Origin: an uncultured Bacteroidota bacterium
GTDB lineage: Bacteria > CLD3 > SB21
DNA length: 64,000 nt
Direction of reading: 5' to 3'
Assembly: GCA_964544475.1 (NCBI GenBank)
Contig: CAZJBS010000007.1
Location: 43,741 to 107,740, forward strand
Part shown: in pieces, positions 58,042-64,000 of the stretch
Position numbering within the stretch: position 1 is the first letter of the stretch
How the letters are laid out: every line of letters starts with the position of its first letter
Notes under the pieces: model-generated
Database searches by the model: none
What the model was told of the DNA's origin: nothing
Seen by the model: only the letters and a program-made list of their open reading frames with translations
Made by a program: the position numbers and the translations under genes

Positions 58042-59460
58042 TTAGAAGAGCCATGTAAGTGCCACCTTGCCGAGAAAACCCCCTCCCGACGCTTTGACCT
58101 TCCGAAGATTGCGGGATGACCGGTCGGCGGAAGGCAACGGAAGAAGTTGCTCGCCGCTCACGTCCACAATCCACGACGGAAACTGCAGATGGTAATCAAC
58201 GGCCACATCCAGAAGATGACGCTCCACGCGCCATGATCCGGATCCCCGATCAACGACAAAGAAGATGCCCTGCACCTTCCGAAATTCGTAATGACCGCGG
58301 CCGCGCAGGAACACCCAGCCCGTCTTGAGTTGGAGACCGTGGCGCTGTCCCGCCTGCCATTGGCCTCCGGCAAACAAGCCGTCCCACGTCAACCGTCCAT
58401 CCACACCCGCCTCGTACGACGTCCCCAACAGGTCCACCAGCGCGCCGGTGAATGGCCAGCTTTCCACGATCGCGCCGACGTGCGACGTCAGGCCAATATG
58501 GTTGAATTCTGCAAACGTTGAATACCGGGTTCCAAAACGGTAGGCCACCAGGCCATCATGGGCAACGTATTCGGGATTCGGGATGTTGATTTTGCCATAT
58601 TGTTGGTTGTCCTGTTCAAACCTCGACAATCCGTCGAAGGAAAGGACATCCACGTCGTAGCGAAGGCGCCATGGACCATACACCCCGGTCAGTGTCCCTT
58701 CGTACCGCCGGGATGCCCCGTCCGGAATTGACGAATACGAATCCTCGTACACCAGATCGGAGCCTACCCGGCCGTAGGTGGCGACCACGCCGCCCTGCAA
58801 TCCGGTTGCCGGAGTCACCGACATATAGAAGCCACGGTTGTCCACATGGTAAGCCAGCGGGGCTCCTATGCGATTGACATCATACCAGATCACCGCGGCA
58901 TCCTGAAACGTGTGTCGGGAAAAGAAAATGCCTCCTCGCAAACGGCCCCGATCGAATCCGAGTTGGGTTGAAAAACCGGTGTACCGTGTCTTCCAGCCTT
59001 TGGAGATCGAATAACCCACGCAACTCTCCATCCATTCAAATGTCCGGACGGCATACCGGCATGCCAATTCGTCATAGTCATTGTGATAGATCACCGAATT
59101 CCCGGATGTAAACCGGCCGGTCGTGTTGCCGTCGAAACCCGACCATTGCAGAGTCACATGCCCCCATCGGCCGTCCGGTGTGAGCGGTCGCGCCAATTCC
59201 AGTCCGTAATTCATCTGGGAGAATTGCATCGAATGGCGGCCATAGCGGACATGAAGCCAATTCCGATATACGCCGTGGCTACGCAGATAGCGTGTCTCGT
59301 AAGAAAACGGATTCAGGAAGCCCGGTTGAAGTTCGTCCGATGATCGCAGGCCTCTGGGGAGAAACCAGTCAAACCACTCAGTGCCGGCCGCCGCCGCGTG
59401 ACCGGCAAGAACTGTCGACGCGAGCAGAAAAACAAAGTTATGTCGGCACGAATTGAACAT
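58042..59460 (-). CDS. Hypothetical outer-membrane beta-barrel protein (~472 aa)
   Basis: ATG at 59460 gives MFNSCRHNFVFLLASTVLAGHAAAAG (signal peptide). Its composition is aromatic/Gly-rich with alternating hydrophobic residues, and it ends with a terminal Phe (LTWLF), typical of OMP barrels. Confidence 0.5.
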   Translation of the reverse strand: MFNSCRHNFVFLLASTVLAGHAAAAGTEWFDWFLPRGLRSSDELQPGFLNPFSYETRYLRSHGVYRNWLHVRYGRHSMQFSQMNYGLELARPLTPDGRWGHVTLQWSGFDGNTTGRFTSGNSVIYHNDYDELACRYAVRTFEWMESCVGYSISKGWKTRYTGFSTQLGFDRGRLRGGIFFSRHTFQDAAVIWYDVNRIGAPLAYHVDNRGFYMSVTPATGLQGGVVATYGRVGSDLVYEDSYSSIPDGASRRYEGTLTGVYGPWRLRYDVDVLSFDGLSRFEQDNQQYGKINIPNPEYVAHDGLVAYRFGTRYSTFAEFNHIGLTSHVGAIVESWPFTGALVDLLGTSYEAGVDGRLTWDGLFAGGQWQAGQRHGLQLKTGWVFLRGRGHYEFRKVQGIFFVVDRGSGSWRVERHLLDVAVDYHLQFPSWIVDVSGEQLLPLPSADRSSRNLRKVKASGGGFLGKVALTWLF

Positions 59461-59670
59461 GTCTTCCCTGCATACAACAAATAAATATATACACATATGT
59501 CCTTAAATGCTACTGGTATTGTAGTGGTAAAGGCGCGCGAAGGCCCGATTCGCCTTCCAAAACCTGTACGACCGTGCGCTTTGGTGAATTCCCGCTTTCA
59601 CTTGAATTTCTGAACCCCGCGGGCTATATTTAGCCGCCTTTTCTAAACCCGTCCGGCGGAAATTCCATAC

Positions 59671-61622
59671 ATGTATCGCATCCTCAGACAATTCAACGAC
59701 TACATCCTGTACGCCATTCTGATCTTCATTTTCATTGTGACGTTCCTCATGATTGAGGACGTGTTTTCGTCCTTTTTCCCTCGGGCCAATGATGTGCTGG
59801 TGCTTTTCTTCAAGGCGTTTGTGATTGTCACGGTGTACGAACCGCTTCGCAAGCTGATTGAATTGCTGATCAAGAAAATCATTTTCCGCTATTATCACCG
59901 GCGGCAGGAAGCGATCCGGAATCTGGATGGCACGCTCTCGGCCAATCAGCCGTACAAGGAACTCGCGGATCTGGTCACCGGCCGTTTACGCGAGATTCTG
60001 TACGTCAAACACGTCTCGTTTTACTTGAAGATTCCGGATGCGCTCTCCCTCGTCAGTAGTACCGCCAGGAACGAACTGCTCATCAAGAAGATACGCCTTG
60101 ATTCATCCTTCTACGAGCCCCTCCTCAACCGCCGTCGCGTCTTTGACGTGGACGATCTGGTCATTTTCCGAAACGGCGTGCATCCGGAATTTACACTGGA
60201 AACCCTGAAACACGAGGGCCACCGCTACGTCGTTCCGATGTGGCAGAAGGAAGGCCTTGTCGGCCTCATGGCGCTGGGTCCTGAAACGGAGTATCGTCAC
60301 GAACTGACCGGCGAGGACAAGAAGATTCTGTGGCATTCGCTTCAGCGGGTCGGTCACACGCTGGAAAACGCCCGCCTGTACGCCCAATTGCAGAAAACGG
60401 TCCTTGAAAAAGAGCTCGTGCTTGGCATCGCCAAGAAATTCAACTCCGCCCTGCATGTCGAGAAACTGCTCGACATGATCCTGGATTCGGTCAAACTCAT
60501 CGTACCCTACGACGCGGCCGGCATGTTTCTGATCAACGAGGACACGCAGGAGATCGAAAGCACCGTCATGCGGGGATACGACCCGGAAGCGATCGAAGAA
60601 GTCAACATGAAGGTGGGCACCGGTCTGATCGGCCAGTCCGCCAAGACCGGCAAAGCGATCATCGTCAAAGATGTCAGTTTCAACGAGCATTACGTTCCTG
60701 TGCGGGCCACGACGCAATCCGAAATTGCGATACCCATCTGCGACGGGGATGAAGTGATCGGCGTCATGAATCTTGAAAACGACACGCTGGGCGCCTACCA
60801 CGAGGGTTATCTCGACATCCTCAACGCGCTCGCCGGTGAAGCCGCCATCGCCATTCGCAATGCCCGTCTCAATGAAGAAGCCGTGCGGACGGAGGAACTT
60901 GAGAAAGAGCTGGAAATCGCCGGCAAGATCCAACAGGCCATTCTCAACCAGAAGCTGCCCCACGTGGAAATACTGGACATCGCCGCTCGCAGCATTCCAT
61001 GTCGCGCCGTCGGCGGGGATTTTTATGATGTGCTCCGGCTCAACGACCACCAGATCGGCGTGTGCATCGGCGATGTGTCCGGGAAGGGCATTCCCGGCGC
61101 CATCATGATGTCGGTCCTTTACACCGGCTATCGGGGCGTCGCCCGGGAATACACCACCACGTCCGAAGCCGTGTCCTACCTGAACAATTTGCTCTGTGAG
61201 AATACGGCCGTCGGTACGTTTGCCACCTTTTTCTATGCCATCGTTGATTTTGAGTCGCTCATCGTTTATTATACCAACGCCGGACACAACGCGCCGATCC
61301 TGTTCAAACGTTCGGGCACCTTTGACTCGCTCAACAAAGGCGGCATCGTGCTGGGTTTCATCCAGGATCAGGACTACCGGCAAATCACGCAAATGGTGAA
61401 CTACGGCGACATCCTGCTTTTTTACACCGACGGCGTGACGGAGGTATTCAATGAAGCGGACGAGATGTTCGGTGAAGAAAGACTGAAGGCCATCGTGACG
61501 CAGTACCAGGATGCGTCGGCCCGGGAAATCCAGGATCACATCATGGAAGCCGTCAGGGATTTTTCGCCGGAATCCGAACAACAGGACGATATGACGATGG
61601 TGGTGATCAAAGTTGAAAAGGA

Positions 61623-61626
<4 letters not shown>
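59671..61626 (+). CDS. Membrane-anchored GAF-GAF-PP2C (SpoIIE/RsbU-type) serine phosphatase
   Basis: N-terminal TM helices (YILYAILIFIFIVTFLMI). Two GAF-like regions are present. The C-terminal PPM domain contains GGDFYDV, GDVSGKGIPGAIMMS, YTDGVTE and DDMTMVVIKV. Confidence 0.8.
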
Positions 61627-62621
<995 letters not shown>

Positions 62622-62661
62622 TCGATAATCCAAGCCAACGGATTTCTACTTTTTCCGGCGT

Positions 62662-64000
62662 ATGACCATGAACGATTATTTCGGTCTGACATTAACCTTC
62701 CGCGGGCCGATCGCCCACCTGGTCTTTGATTTTCCGAACGAGCGTGTCAACAAACTTTCGACGCGGGTCATGATGTCGCTGGATCGGGCCATCGACGCGT
62801 TGTTTCAAAACGCCGCCAACGTGAAGGCCTGTCTCTTGTACAGCGCCAAAGAAGGCTCCTTTATCGTCGGCGCGGATATCGATGAAATCCGGGATATCAG
62901 CGACGCTGCCACGGGCGCCGCCGCCTCGGCCGCCGGCCAGGCGATTTTTGGAAAACTCGAAAAGCTGCCGTTCCCGGTCGTGGTCGTCATCAACGGCGCT
63001 TGCATGGGCGGAGGCACCGAAATGGCTCTGGCCTGCCACTACCGGCTGGCCACCGACCATCCGAAAACACGCATCGCCCTGCCGGAAGTGATGCTGGGCA
63101 TCATTCCTGGTTTCGGCGGCACCCAGCGCCTGCCCCGACTCATCGGACTTCAACGGGCCCTCCCGCTCATCCTGAGCGGCAAAGCTCTGGATCCCGTGCG
63201 CGCGTACAAGAACGCGATTGTCGATAAGGTCGTGCCCTGGACGTTTGCGATCCGCCATGCCGAGGCATTCGTCGAAGAGATACTGGCCGGCAAAGGCAGG
63301 ACGTACATCGATCGGCGGCGTGTGAGAGGCGTGGCCAATCGGTTTCTGGAGACAGCCGGGCGGGGTTTGATTTTCAGAAAGGCGCGCCAGAGCGTCCTTC
63401 GTGAAACCAAAGGCCATTATCCCGCTCCGCTGCGGGCGCTTCAGGCCGTGCGTGAAGGATTCGGACGTTCATTGGAGGATGGTCTCGCGATCGAGGCGCG
63501 TCACCTCGGGGACATGGTGGCTTCGCCGATTTCCAAAAACCTGATTCGCATTTTCCGTCGGACCGAGGCCATCAAAAAAAGCAATGGAACCGACGACCCG
63601 TCGGTCATGACGGCCGACATTCGTCATGCCGGCGTGGTCGGAGCCGGCGTCATGGGTGGCGGCATAGCCCAGCTGTTCGCGGCCCACGATCTGGAAGTAC
63701 GACTCAAAGACATCAACCACGCCGCCATAGGCGTGGGCCTGGACGCCGCCGCGTCGGTGTTCAAACGGCAGGTCAAGCGCCGCCGCCTGACCACGCGGGC
63801 ATTCCAGCGTCATATGGCCCGTATCACCGGCACACTGGATTATTCGGGATTCCGCCGGTGCGACGTCGTCATCGAAGCCGTCATCGAAAACATGGATGTC
63901 AAAAAAAATGTGATTCTTGAATTGGCGCCGCATCTGAAAGACACCGCCATTCTGGCTTCCAACACGTCGTCGCTGTCCATCACGGAAATGGCCACGGCCT
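62662..64000 (+). CDS. Fatty-acid oxidation multifunctional enzyme (enoyl-CoA hydratase + 3-hydroxyacyl-CoA dehydrogenase, FadB/FadJ-like), N-terminal part only
   Basis: Own translation from ATG 62662 is open to the window end. It begins MTMNDYFGLTLTFRGPIAHLVFDFPNERVNKLS. A crotonase fold is indicated by VVVVINGACMGGGTEMALACHY. The NAD-binding motif GVVGAGVMGGGIAQ is present. It is absent from the track because it is open at the edge. Confidence 0.8.
   Translation, partial: MTMNDYFGLTLTFRGPIAHLVFDFPNERVNKLSTRVMMSLDRAIDALFQNAANVKACLLYSAKEGSFIVGADIDEIRDISDAATGAAASAAGQAIFGKLEKLPFPVVVVINGACMGGGTEMALACHYRLATDHPKTRIALPEVMLGIIPGFGGTQRLPRLIGLQRALPLILSGKALDPVRAYKNAIVDKVVPWTFAIRHAEAFVEEILAGKGRTYIDRRRVRGVANRFLETAGRGLIFRKARQSVLRETKGHYPAPLRALQAVREGFGRSLEDGLAIEARHLGDMVASPISKNLIRIFRRTEAIKKSNGTDDPSVMTADIRHAGVVGAGVMGGGIAQLFAAHDLEVRLKDINHAAIGVGLDAAASVFKRQVKRRRLTTRAFQRHMARITGTLDYSGFRRCDVVIEAVIENMDVKKNVILELAPHLKDTAILASNTSSLSITEMATA

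Noticed and set aside
60103-61581. 492-aa minus ORF
   Set aside because: It is antisense to the GAF-PP2C phosphatase, which has canonical PPM motifs.
62692-63933. Two minus ORFs (241 and 154 aa)
   Set aside because: They are antisense to the FadB-like partial CDS that I translated through to the window end.

Overview
GC-rich bacterial chromosomal window; no rRNA, tRNA, CRISPR or transposase genes were recognised. Gene content by position: (i) 1-11.7 kb is a sensory block of four PAS-rich histidine kinases (two of them hybrid) plus a single-domain Rcp1-like response regulator. A structured 510-bp intergenic region carrying two copies of a ~55-nt G/C-rich palindromic repeat separates the second kinase from its response regulator. 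(ii) 10.4-29.9 kb is one uninterrupted minus-strand array of about 20 genes encoding a type IVa pilus system (pilA, pilD, pilB, pilC, minor pilins, PilX-like, fused pilMN, pilO, pilP, pilQ, pilT). Embedded in it are non-canonical members: a GGDEF cyclase, an ExeA/GspA/MshM-like ATPase, a Roadblock-like protein, two two-component pairs, and a sigma54 enhancer-binding regulator at the 3' end. Many gene junctions overlap (ATGA-type). A tail-less SSB gene sits immediately upstream of pilA. (iii) 30.8-33.7 kb encodes an M13 metallopeptidase and a WYL-domain regulator. (iv) 33.8-36.8 kb is a MarR-controlled operon encoding an ~11-heme c-type cytochrome lipoprotein and a tandem-rhodanese lipoprotein, ending in a clear bidirectional terminator. 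(v) 36.8-44.0 kb carries an NmrA-like reductase and a TetR-controlled RND efflux system (OMF, MFP, RND). (vi) 44.3-48.2 kb carries a PP2C phosphatase, an MCP chemoreceptor and an alpha/beta hydrolase. (vii) 48.2-54.2 kb is a complete suf operon (sufBCDSUT) with a terminal Rrf2 regulator. (viii) 54.5-56.1 kb holds arsC and ACR3 with a truncated thioredoxin-like CxxC gene remnant between them. (ix) 56.3-59.5 kb is an uncharacterised lipoprotein plus outer-membrane beta-barrel gene pair. (x) 59.7-64.0 kb holds a membrane GAF-GAF-PP2C (SpoIIE-like) phosphatase, a MoxR AAA+ ATPase and the start of a FadB/FadJ-like multifunctional enzyme. The ORF track uses longest ATG/GTG/TTG ORFs, so several starts were moved to internal ATG/GTG codons with Shine-Dalgarno support. 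Most large track ORFs antisense to these genes are GC-rich shadow ORFs and were rejected.
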